NCBI GenBank assembly: GCA_020426665.1
Contig: JAGQPO010000148.1
Span: 1 to 54,357, forward strand
Direction: 5' to 3'
DNA length: 54,357 nucleotides
DNA from: Planctomycetales bacterium
GTDB taxonomy: Bacteria > Planctomycetota > Planctomycetia > Pirellulales > Pirellulaceae
Under the pieces are notes generated by a model. The model had not been told where the DNA came from. It did no database searches and saw only the letters and a list, made by a program, of their open reading frames with translations. Below, piece after piece: positions 24,701 through 36,700 of this stretch. Numbering within the stretch: position 1 is the stretch's first letter; every line of letters begins with the position of its first letter. The translations under genes were made by a program, and so were the position numbers.

Positions 24701-27700
24701 CCATGCGATTCAAGACGGTGTCGTCACCTTTACCGGTCTATCGATCGACAATCCGGAGGACCAAGATTGGTACAGCTTCCGTGTCTCCGATCAATCGGTC
24801 GTCGGGTCGGCCCGCATCGAATTGGCCAGCGGTTCGCCGATCGACCGATTGGGATTGACGATCTTTGAACAGGGAGCCGATGTCGATGTATCGGCCAATG
24901 AAATCAACGGAGCCAGCTATGTCACGTCGGGCGATGAGGCGAGCATCTCACTGGTTGGTCTGGATCCGGGGAAGACGTACTGGTTGCGTGTGGACAGTCC
25001 GAAAACTCCGACGCTGTATGATTTGCGTTTCAATCTTAATGGATTGTCGGACGTCGAATTCGAAGGCTTGGATCTGCCGTTGGAAATCGACATGTCGCTG
25101 CGCAAGGATACCGAACGTCGCGATGTGATCATCGGTGGTTCGGGCGATGACATTCTGCGGGGCGGCGCGGGAGAGGATTGGATTTTTGGAAACGATGGCA
25201 ACGACGTCCTGTCGGGAGGTTACGACCGCAACGCGAGCGATCTGTTGTTCGGCGGACAAGGCGACGATACTTTCCAAATCCTGCCTGATCGATTGCCATT
25301 GCTGGGCAACCAGCCGAACTCACAGTTCGATCCGGCGACCGCAACCTATTTACCGACATTCAACGAGCAATTGATCGGCGGCGAGGGTCGAGACCGCGTG
25401 TTGTACCTGGGCGGTGATTTCGACCGTCGTGGTTTTGCGGTGCCTGACTATGCATCGCTTCGTTACAACACGGGTCTGCATCGCTATGAATTCACCAGTC
25501 TGGTTTGGGATATCGGAGAACAAGAATACCGGACTACCTTTGTCGACAAGAACGGGAACGGTTCACAGGATGCCGGCGAGGCAACGATTTACGAGCAGCG
25601 TTACATGTTCTTTCAGACTCGGGAAATCGAGGACATCCAGTTCGACTTGCGAGCCGGTGACGACGTCGTCCACCTTGATTCGCCCGATGCGGCGCCGTTT
25701 CAGTTTCTGCCGATCATTCCCGTCGTCGGCGGCAATACCATTCTTGACGCGGCGGCCGATCCATCCAATTTCGAAGAATGGGGGATCAAACGTGGCAATG
25801 CGGAGCAAGGTGCGTCGGAATCCATCATCATTAATGGCGGATTCGGTAACGATTTCTTGTTCGGATCTCCCTCTCGCGATTCCATCTCCGGCGGTCCCGG
25901 TGACGATTACATCGTCGGAGGGCTTGGCGATGATTTGATCAACGGTGATGGCGGCGCCGATACGATTTTTGGGAATCAACCGGGCGTTGCGGTCGCACAG
26001 ACGGCGTATCCATTTACGCCAGGTAAGCCCGCAAATTTCCAGTTCTTTAATTTTGAACCCGAGATCTATCAGTATGACCTTGCGGCTCCCTATTTGAGCC
26101 TGGTGGTCCAACGCGACGGCGTTGAATTGTATACCGACGATACAACGGTGACGATTGATAACGTTGTGCGTGAGGCTTATGGGGTCCAAAACGATGGCGA
26201 CGGAGCGCTTCGAACTCCGGCCTCCATCGGCGACTTTAATGATGACGGCAATGAAGATTACATCGTCAGCGGCAGCTCGCTTAGCTATTTGATCTTTGGC
26301 CCGTTGAACGTCAATGATTTGTTGCAGGTCGAAGCGATCGCTGATGTGACGATCCAGCATTCCGCACTGGGGACCCCCGTGGAAACGTTTGGCGACTTGA
26401 ACGCCGACGGCATTTCGGATCTCGCCTTTGTGCAGAACGACGCCGGAAGAACCAACGTGCGTGTGATCTATGGCGGCAAGACAGCCGGCACAGTGAATGC
26501 GTCGAAGGTCGTTTGGCCAAAGAATTGGGACGAAGCGTTTGTCACCGGAACGCTGCGAACGACCGGAGCGGATTTCAACAGCCGTTTGTTCACTCTCAGT
26601 AACGCACAACTGTCACCACAGGACGTCAGCGCATCGATCATCAATTACGACGGCGATTTGTACGGCGATTTGTTGATCAGTTCGACAACAACTTCTGGAA
26701 CGCTGAATCCTCAGAACGGCGATGTGATCGAATTGTTGTACGAAGGCGACGGGGGCGACGTCTCGTACGATCCGACGAAGATCGATTTCCGCGATGACCT
26801 GGTCTTAGTCAACGGCGATCAAGTCTTCGCGTTACACAACGGCGACGGAGTGCTGGACGATTTCCGAACGGACAATTTTGCTTCGTCGTATGATTTTGTG
26901 GACATCTTCAGCAATGCCGACAATGCTCCATTCGTTCAGAACGGATTGGCACACTTGAACCCGGGAACCGGTACCGCCGGATTCATGTGGAATAAAGGGG
27001 CGAAGCTGAGTGAAGTTGGGGAGAGTGCTTCGGTTGACTTCGGATTCAATTATCCGATTGCCCCCACCGAATTCGCGCAATCGACGGCGGGGCTTGCGCT
27101 CTTCCGCAGCGACGGAACGTTTCTTTCGGAGTACCGCGTTGCGACAAATAAAAATGACGCGAATAATAACGTCTTTGCCGATCAATCCGGCAATCAAACG
27201 CCGTTGTCGGGGACCCCGGTCGGGCCAATGACGATCACCGTGACTGTCATCGACGTGACCGTGGACTCGATCGAAGTTAGTTACACGTTGTCTGGTGTAG
27301 GGTTCAACAGCATCACCGATACGGAATTCATTGCCGGAGAAACTTCCGTCAACTTCGGTCCGGTTGCGTTCGACGTGTCCGGGACCGAATCGTATCACGA
27401 CAATTTGAAAATCTCCAAGGCAGGCGTTGTCTATGAATTGACACCCGATGGGATCTCTCAAGTCGACGCGTTCAACGATGAAATTGTTGCCGGCACGGTG
27501 TCCGGCGGCAATCTGTGGGTGGCGACCAAGACAAAGGCACCGGGAACCACTTATTCACGGGTCAAAATCTATGAGCAGGTCGGTGGTGTCTTCCAACAAC
27601 GATCGGCATTCAGCCAATACTCGCCGAACAGTTTCGAGATGGGCACCTTCATCGACAATAACGGTCTCGAAAAGCCCTATCTATCGTCTTCCGAAGGATT

Positions 27701-30700
27701 GTTTGATGCCACGAGCGGAACGTTCGTGACACAGTCAAACAACGCGGCCATCAATGCACAGAACGGAAATTCGGTGGCCTGGCAATCGGGGATTCCTGCC
27801 GGCGCGATTCTGCATTACAGCTTTGATACCAGCAACCTGGGCGGTGATTCGTCGGGCAATTTCAATCACGCCGGATCTCTGTTCGGAGTCTCCCAGGCAC
27901 AGGGCGGTATTCGCGGCAATGCGGCCCAGTTCAATAATACGAACGCCATGATCACGATCGGAACCACCGGCATTGACACCGGTGGCGACTACACCGTGTC
28001 GGCGTGGTTCAAAGGGCTGGTCGACTCGCCCGCCTGGAATACGTTGTTCCGCGGATATAACAATGACCACCAAGTCATCATCGAACAGGGCACCAACAGC
28101 TTTGGGATGTACACAACGGCGGAACAGTTTCGTGATTCCGGTCGAGATTTCAACATTCCCGGTTGGGCCAATGAATGGCACCAGATCACGGCGGTTGGCA
28201 CCAAGGGTCTGACCGAGTTCTTTCTGGATGGGTTTTACTTTGCCACGTCCGACCGTCAGGGGTCGAGTAATATTTTTGCGATCGGCAACTACCAAGGTGG
28301 CGGGCAACAGTTTGCCGATCTGTTGGACGAAGTGTACATCTATGACCGCGCGCTCAGCGATCGTGAAATCGAAGCCTTGTACCGCGTCAACGATCCGGTC
28401 GATTACGAGTACATCGATCCGAGATATCACATCAGCGTGCAAACCGTCACATTGGCGGCAATCCAGGCCGGTGGAACGCCGGTGTTTGCGCCGACCGAAG
28501 GCGACAATGGTGTGTTCCACATCTACGACGAATTGACCGGCAAAAGCGAATTGATCTTGCGCGGGTCGAGCGCCGCAGGTTCGCCGGCAACGGGTACGGA
28601 ACTTTGGCGTGTCACGGAGCTGGACACGACGCCGGTCACGCAAGTGATTGACATCCTGCCGGGATTGTCCAGTTCCTATCCGGACGACATGACCGTCATC
28701 GGTGATACGGTGTTCTTCTCCGCAGTGGGAGGTCCGGAAGGCCGCCAATTGTGGCGCGTCCGTGCCGGCGAAGCCAATGCGGCACGCGTTTTGGACCGCA
28801 ACGGAGTCGGCGTCAGCGATCCCTATAACTTGCGTGAATTCAACGGCGAGTTGGTGTTCGCCAGGAACGGCGATCTGTGGCGATTTGATGGAGTCGATGT
28901 CGCGAAACTGGCGGTCGATGCCGGTATCCAGCCTGATACACCGGATCCACTGGTGACGTCCAGCAGCGCGCTGTACGTGCGCCAATTGGGCGAACAGCTT
29001 TGGAAATACGATCCCGATACCATCGGGTACGTCTTTTCGGGGCAAGATATCTCAAACGGATTGCCCAGTTTGGCCGGTGATACCGTGGCGGTGGATCCCT
29101 TGTCCGCGCTGGTCATCCTTTCGGCGAATCGACTTGGCATCGCCGCCGAGAACGGAATCACGGTTGATGTGATCGGCGATGTCGACGGAGACGGCACAGA
29201 TGACTTGGCAGTCGGTGACACGTCGAAATTAAATATCAACGGCGACTTGGTTCTGAACGGAATTGCTGCGACAACGTCCCTGACTCCCACAGGATTGGGA
29301 GATCTGAACAACGACGGCTATGACGACCTGGCGTATCGACAAGGCGGAAACGTCTTGATCGGGTTGGGGCGTGCCGATACGTCGCAAATGTTGCAAAGCG
29401 GTGCTGATATCACGATCACAGGATTCAGCGACGGAATTTTGTCCATGACGGCCGGCGATTGGTTGTTTGACGGCAAGGGCGATTTAGCCGTACTCGACCA
29501 AGGCCGACTGTATGTGTTTTCCGCGATCAGCGACTTCAGTGGACAAACCATTGACCGCGCCGATGCCGACACGATTTTGCAAGTGACGGTCGATGGAGCC
29601 CCCGAGTCGGCAACCATCGACAGCGGATTCATCGACAAGGTGACGGCGAGCGCAAAGTCCATCCTTCCGGATCAATTGAGCGTCGCTGCAATCGGAACAA
29701 GCGATGCTCAAATTGATTTTGCAAAGCGTTCCAAGACGGCCTTTTCGATCTCGCTGAGTGGCTCCAAATCGGTGCAAACGGCCATCGGCGCAACGACCTA
29801 CGATGTACCATCGCCGTTTGCAGTTTCCACGGTGATTGAAGTCGAACTTCCCATTATCCCCGATGCACCAACTGCACTCAACCAGTTGGTGTTCGCGATC
29901 AACGAACAGATCCAGGGATCTACGCTTGCCGACTACCCGCTCACCGCACAGCTTGTCGGTTCGCGTGTGGTGTTTGTCTATGACGCGGCGGTGAATGGCA
30001 AAGCGTTGTTCGACGTAACATTGTCGGTTGCCGAATTGCCATACACATTCACACGTCTGGCCGGGACGCCCGACTTGGACGTCTCAGGCGACGGGTATGC
30101 AGATCTGGCGATCGAGTCGCATGGACGCAGCGGAATCGTTTATGCCATTACCGGAGGCGGCGATCGAAGCAATCTTCCGAAGTCTGACTTTGTCGTGTTG
30201 GAAAACCACTCCGTCGCCGGCAGCGGATCCTTTGTCATCGACCGCGGCAACGGGCGGACGGTGCCATTCGATGACGGCGGCGATCCCTTTGAATTGGCCT
30301 CACCTGGAGAGGTGCGCTGGTTCCGATTCACAACGCTGGGTGACGGTCGCGAAGGCAATGTCATTCGGCTGGCCGGCGAGGTGCGTGCCGATCTGCTGGA
30401 TGAATCAGGTCGCGTCTTGATTTCCAATCGTGCGAACATCGATCTGCGCACGATCGAATCGGGAACCTACTTCTTGAAAGTTTATTCGGCTGAAATTCCA
30501 GCAACGTTGGACTTTGACGCCTCGCGGGCCGACGACGCGACGCCGTTGGTTTGGGAAGGGGGATTGGCCGATCCACAGTTTGATGCGCCGTTGACGGGCG
30601 CGGTTTTGAATACCGACGTGACCAGCACCAGGGGCATCACGGCGGCCTACGTCTTTGACGGCACCGGCGGAGGGTCGTTCCTTTCCTTGGATTCGCTGCC

Positions 30701-33700
30701 CAGCAACCCGACCATACGTTCGGCGGCATGGGAAGTCTGGTTCCGACCCAGCGACACCTTGGGCAATGAAATCGTCTTTGAAACAGGCGGCACAGGCGCA
30801 GGAATGTCCGTGAACGTCGAACAGGTCACCGGTGGTTTCCAGGTTTTGTTTGCGATCCAAAGCAGCGCGTCGCAGCATTTTGAATTGCGTTCACAGGTGT
30901 TTACAAACAGCACGGAGTTCATCCAAGCGGTCGGTGTTTACAACAGCGTCAGCAAAACCGTGCAGTTGTATATCGATGGCGAAGCCGTGGGACCGGAAGT
31001 CGCGGCGCCGGGATTGACCGACTGGGCGGGATCGAGCTTCGCAGGAATCGGGATGAACTCCGCCGGATTCGGCGGCGGATCGGGGCTGAGTGGTTTTGGT
31101 CGGTTCAAAGGTGAAATCGCGGCGATTCGATTCTACGAGACGTCCGATATTCTCCCGATTCTGCGTCCGACAAAGTTTACGATCGACTTTGATGCACCAC
31201 TGGCAGGTTCGCAACAAATCATCGAAACCGATGGCAGCCCTGATCGTGACGAGATCTATGGTGGCGATGGTGATGATACGATTTTTGGGAATCATGGTCT
31301 CGACCGAATCTATGGCGGCAGCGGCGCAGATATCGTTTCGGCGGAGCGGTTGGAGATCCTGGATGCCGATACCGCTGATTCACCCTTGGTGGCAGTCGAC
31401 GTTTCGCAGTTGAGCTATGGAAACGATTTGCCGGACTTGGATCCGGTCTTGATCGACACGGAATACGAGCGAATCTTCTTCAGCGACGACTTTGATTCGT
31501 CTGATTTCTTGCAATCCAGCCATTGGTACTTTTCCAATGCGGAAGTCAGTGCACGCGGCATCCAGGAACCGAGCGGCTATCGATCCGTCCGATTAAACGG
31601 CACCGACACGTTGGAATCTCGCGAAATGGATCTGTCGGGGTCTCGCGGCGCGACGTTGACCTATTCCTATCAACGGCGTGGCCGTGGTGAATCTCCGGAT
31701 GCGGGTGATGATCTGGTCGTTCAATACCGAACATCGGCGTTTGGTTCTTGGATCGAGCTGGAACGGCAATTGGGTAGCGGTCCCGATATGACCGTGTTTG
31801 AGGAACGGTCGGTTTCGATTCCGACAGATGCGCTGACGAATTCATTTCAGATTCGGTTTGTTTCGACCGGCGACGCTCCGCAATACGATGACTGGTTTGT
31901 CGATAACGTGTCGTTGTTCTCCAGCGACATCGGTGTCGAACCGGAATTGCGCGCCGCGATCGCGCGCCAGCTCGACCGACCGGTCACCAGCTCTGCGACC
32001 GGCGAGCCGATCATTCATCAGGTGATCCATGCCAGTGAAATCGCGTCGCTCGACCGGCTGATTGCCCATTCCGATCTGATCGACGACATCGCCGTACTGG
32101 AACAGGCCAAGTATTTGGAGTACCTGGACCTGAGTGGAACTTCGATCGACGATGCGTCGTTGCCGATCCTGTCGCGGATGCGATATCTGCGTTACTTGGA
32201 TTTGAGCGACACGAGAATTGATTCGACGTCACAGGCGACTCGTGAAATGATCGCGGCGCTGCCTGATTTGCAAACGCTTTATCTGCCGAGTTCGACAACC
32301 CTTACCTTCCAATCAGAGAACTTTGAATCCGGGCAGCTCGGTCCACAGTGGTCGACATCCAGTTCCAGCGTTCATGGCCGTATCCGTGTCACCGACCAAG
32401 TGGGCGCAGGCGAAGGGACGTTTGCATTGTGGATGGATTCCGGCAATGACTTTAATATCAACTTGAACGAGGCGGTTTGGACGGTCGACTTGTCGGGTAT
32501 TCCGTCGCCGAAATTGCATTTCCGCCAGTCGGAAACCAACGACGAAGAATTCTCGTTGCCCGCAACGTTTACCGGAAGCGTCATTGGCGATGGTGTTTCC
32601 ATCAGCGCAGATGGTATCAATTGGTTCACGGTGGCCAATGCAACGCACGTCGAACAATGGCAACAGGTGACGGTTGATTTGGTGGCCGCCGCGTCGGCAG
32701 CGGGGATCTCACTTGGACCAAATTTCCGAATCAAGTTCCAGCAATACGACGACTATTCGATACCGACCGATGGTCGGGGCTACGATGATATTCGAATCGA
32801 TAGCGAAGTTTCGTTGATGATACCTGGGACGAATCTGGTGATCAATGAAGGCGAAACCTTTGCGACCACAGTCACCGAATTCACGCCCGTCGCGGGCACC
32901 GTTGTCACGCCCGATGGGCTGCGTCTGGATGGCGTGGATGACTCGATTGACTTAGGTTCCCCGACACAGATCGGGAATCTAACGAATAACTTTACCATAG
33001 CGGCCTGGATCAATCCGTCTGTGCTCTCCGGGGTCAAACGGGTCTTCAGCTCGCAAGGAAACGGTTTCGGGTTTGGTTTGGTCGGCAACGGTTTGCGGTT
33101 CACGACTTTCGGGCGTCGCGATTATGACATCGCCGCAGGGATCCCCCTGAATACCTGGACCCATATTGCGGCCGTTCTTGACGCGAACAATGACGTTGAA
33201 TTCTTTGTCAACGGAGTTTCGATCGGCAGCGTCACCGGTACATTGCCGTCCGAGGTGACGACGGCTGCCTATCGGATCGGTGAACGCACCTCTGTGAACG
33301 AAAGGTTTGACGGTTCGCTGCGCGGCGTTGGTTTGTGGAATACTTCACTGACCGACGCTCAGTTGGGCGATGTGATGGACGGTCAACTCTCTGGGGTCGC
33401 ATTCAACACGGTGGCGTATTGGCCCTTGAATAATGTCGCCGCTACAACAGCCACTGACATCGGTCCAAACGGTTTGACGGGAACGCTTGTTGGAGCGCCA
33501 AATTGGAATACTGCATTGGTTCCCGTCACCAACATGTCAATCTCCTCCGTCGCGTTCTCGATCACTCCGGCAGACGACCAACTGCTAAGCGTGGCAAGTG
33601 CCGGAAAACAATTCCCGGTCGTGGTTCGGAACGTGGCTCCCGTCCTTTCGGTTCCGCCGCTGGGGACGTTGTTGGAGGGACAGACACTTTCGATCGGACC

Positions 33701-36700
33701 GGCAACGATCACCACCGATTTCCGCGCGTCGATCTTGGTTGACGGGCAATCAATCGGTGAGATTGTTGTCAGCGATGCAGGTGCGGCCGATGTCCCGGAT
33801 TTGGTCACCAGCGTGTCCGTGACCAATCCGCAGGGACTGACGACCAGCTTGACCCATCACGCAATCGAATTCGACAACCAAAGTCTGGCGTTGTCGGAAA
33901 GCACCTTGGATGGCGTGTCGAATTTGACGACGGCGTTTTGGCTAAAAACCACCAAGGTTGGCCAGCAAACGGTGATCAGCGGCTCCAACGCAACACGACC
34001 TGACGAATTTGCAGTCTTGTTAAGCAACAACAACGAAGTCACGGTGCATGTTCAAGGAAACGTTGTTACTTGGGACGGGACCAACGATGGTGTCCCCAAT
34101 CTTGCCGATGGCGTGTACCGACATTATGCGGTCACACGAAATCTACAATCCAACTTGCTTGAACTCTTCATCGACGGCGTCAGCAAGGGGACCAAAATTG
34201 TGACGTCTCAGTCGCCGCTGTCGGTCGCGTCGGGCGGATTGATTCTGGGACAAAATCAAATCAGTCTGGGCGGTGGCGTTCGGGCACCACAGTCGCTTGT
34301 CGGATCGCTAGACGAGTTCACTCTTTGGAATCGGTCGTTAACCGCTGCGGAGGTCAATGTCATTCGAAATGGAACGATCAAGACCAACGACAGTAATCTG
34401 AGACTCTATTTGGCCTTTGATGAAGGAGCCGGAGACGTCGCAGTCGATCGCGGTCCACTTGGCAAGGATGTCAGTCTTGTCCCGTACTTTACGAATTCGG
34501 TTGATACAGTAGCCGAAGCAAATGAGTATGAGCTGATTTACAGCTTGGCGATTCCCGATTCCGGTAACTTCAGGGGATCAACACCGGTTCCCTACAGTGT
34601 CGACAATGCCGCGCAAGTCAATTACGCCTTTGATCGAGTTGCGTATTATCTGGAGTTGGATGACGGTACCGATCAGCAATGGGTCTATGTGTCAGTCGAC
34701 GCGTTTACGTCAATTGCCAGTGAATTGGGGCTGCCTCACGACGTCGATAATCCCGTGGTCTGGCAGCAAATTGTCAACAACATGAACGTGTACGCATCTG
34801 ACAATGCGAACGTTGTGACGGGCGTTGGAATCTCAACAGGCAATGTCGAAATGTGGCCCAGCGGTTACAGCGCCACTGCATCGGGAATCGCGGGGATTGG
34901 GTCGAATGCCCAGTACGACTTCGACGACTCAGGGGCGAACACCAACGCTGGATTCGGTTCTTTCCAGATTCACAATTACGATCTGGACGGTGACGGACCT
35001 GGGACGATCGGCCAAACCCTGCTTGCGTACAATCAGTTCACGTCGGATTTCAGTTCCGGAATTGACGATCTTGGTATCGGCAATCAGACCACAGGGAACC
35101 CTGATTGGACATTCGCGCAAAACGCATCCAGTTACACGGTCAAGAATCTTCAGATCCTGGTGCGGCCGAGTGAAGAACGTCTCGTGCGGTTTACTTCGGA
35201 TACACCGGCGTCACTCGGTTCGTCGAGTGTCGTAATCGACGAAGGCCGGTATTTCCTGACTGTGGTTACGACAGACCGTGACGGCGGATTCGATCGATCG
35301 GTAACGACAATTGATGTCGAAAATGTTGCACCGGCGATTAACAGTCTGAATGTCACCGATACCGGGCCGTGTTTAGTCGGCAGCCCCATGTTCTTCGATG
35401 CCCGGGACGTTTTTGATCCGGGCGTAATCGATCAATTACAATACTTCTGGGAAGTCGAAACGAATAACGGCCAAGCGATCTTTACCGGCAGTTCGACGGA
35501 GTTCGAATTCACTCCCCGTTACTCGGGACGTTACACCGTCAAGTTGACGGTGACGGACAACGATGGCGGAGTGTCGGACACCTTCGTGCAAATCTTTGAC
35601 GTTGCGCCGATGGCGATGATCACAGCACCGGAAGGCAGTCTGTCGGCCGGGCAGATCGTTTCGCTGACATCGGAACATTCCAGCCAACTTGCCCCGTCGG
35701 GTCCGCTCCGAGGGACCGGCGACGCGGTGGACCGTGAGTACCAATGGAATGTCAAACTCGCCAATGCGACGGTGACGACCGGGACGTCGGCCGACCACCA
35801 CTTCGTGCCGGTTGACTCGGGCTCGTACGAGGCGACGCTGACGATCACGGATGTTTTCCACGAAGACGTGCGGGACTGGATCGGAGTTGGCAATCACGAC
35901 GACGGCAATGATTACGCGGCAATTGATTCGCGAACGATTGGAGGAACTTTCCAGGCGCGTTCGCCAGGGGCGTTTATCGCGGACACAAATTTGGATCGCA
36001 CTCTCGACGTAGCGTCCGATGCCTTTTCCGCGTCTGGGATGGTTCGGTTTGACAATCCCAACAACGCCAACACCAACTTCCGATTCGGCTTTTTTGATTC
36101 GCAAACCTTTGGCGGAAACAGCGACACATTCGGCATCGCATGGGGGAATCAGAGCGGCAATCAATTCCGCATCGGCAATACCAATGGTGCCGCCACAACA
36201 TCGCTGGCCGCGGGGACCTATCCGTGGACGATCGACTATGACCCGATTGCGGCAGGCGGAACGTTGACTGTGACCGTAGGCGGCGTCACAGAGATTGCAA
36301 CGGGATTGAATGCATCGGGCCGGATCTTTGATTCGTTTGGGATGGTCCAGCCAAACGGAATCGACAACACCACCTCGTTCACCACTGAGTTATTTGATTT
36401 GCAATACTCGGGCGGAAGTCCGTTTGTCAGGCTCAGCCACAGTGAAACGGTGACATTCGACGTCGGTGCTGCACCGTCGATCTCGATTGTCACGCCCGCC
36501 GTGGGATCGGTCGAAGGCGATCTTTTGACCTTCGCGATTGCCGGTCTTCCTGATCGCGAAGAATTAGCGACACGCGATGTGGTTTGGAATGTTACGGGAA
36601 TTGCTGCAAAAGTGGATTCGACCGTGGATCCGGGTTCATTCGCTTTCCGAGCCTTGGCCGACGGAAATTACGTCGTCTCGGTGACGGTTACCGATACCGT

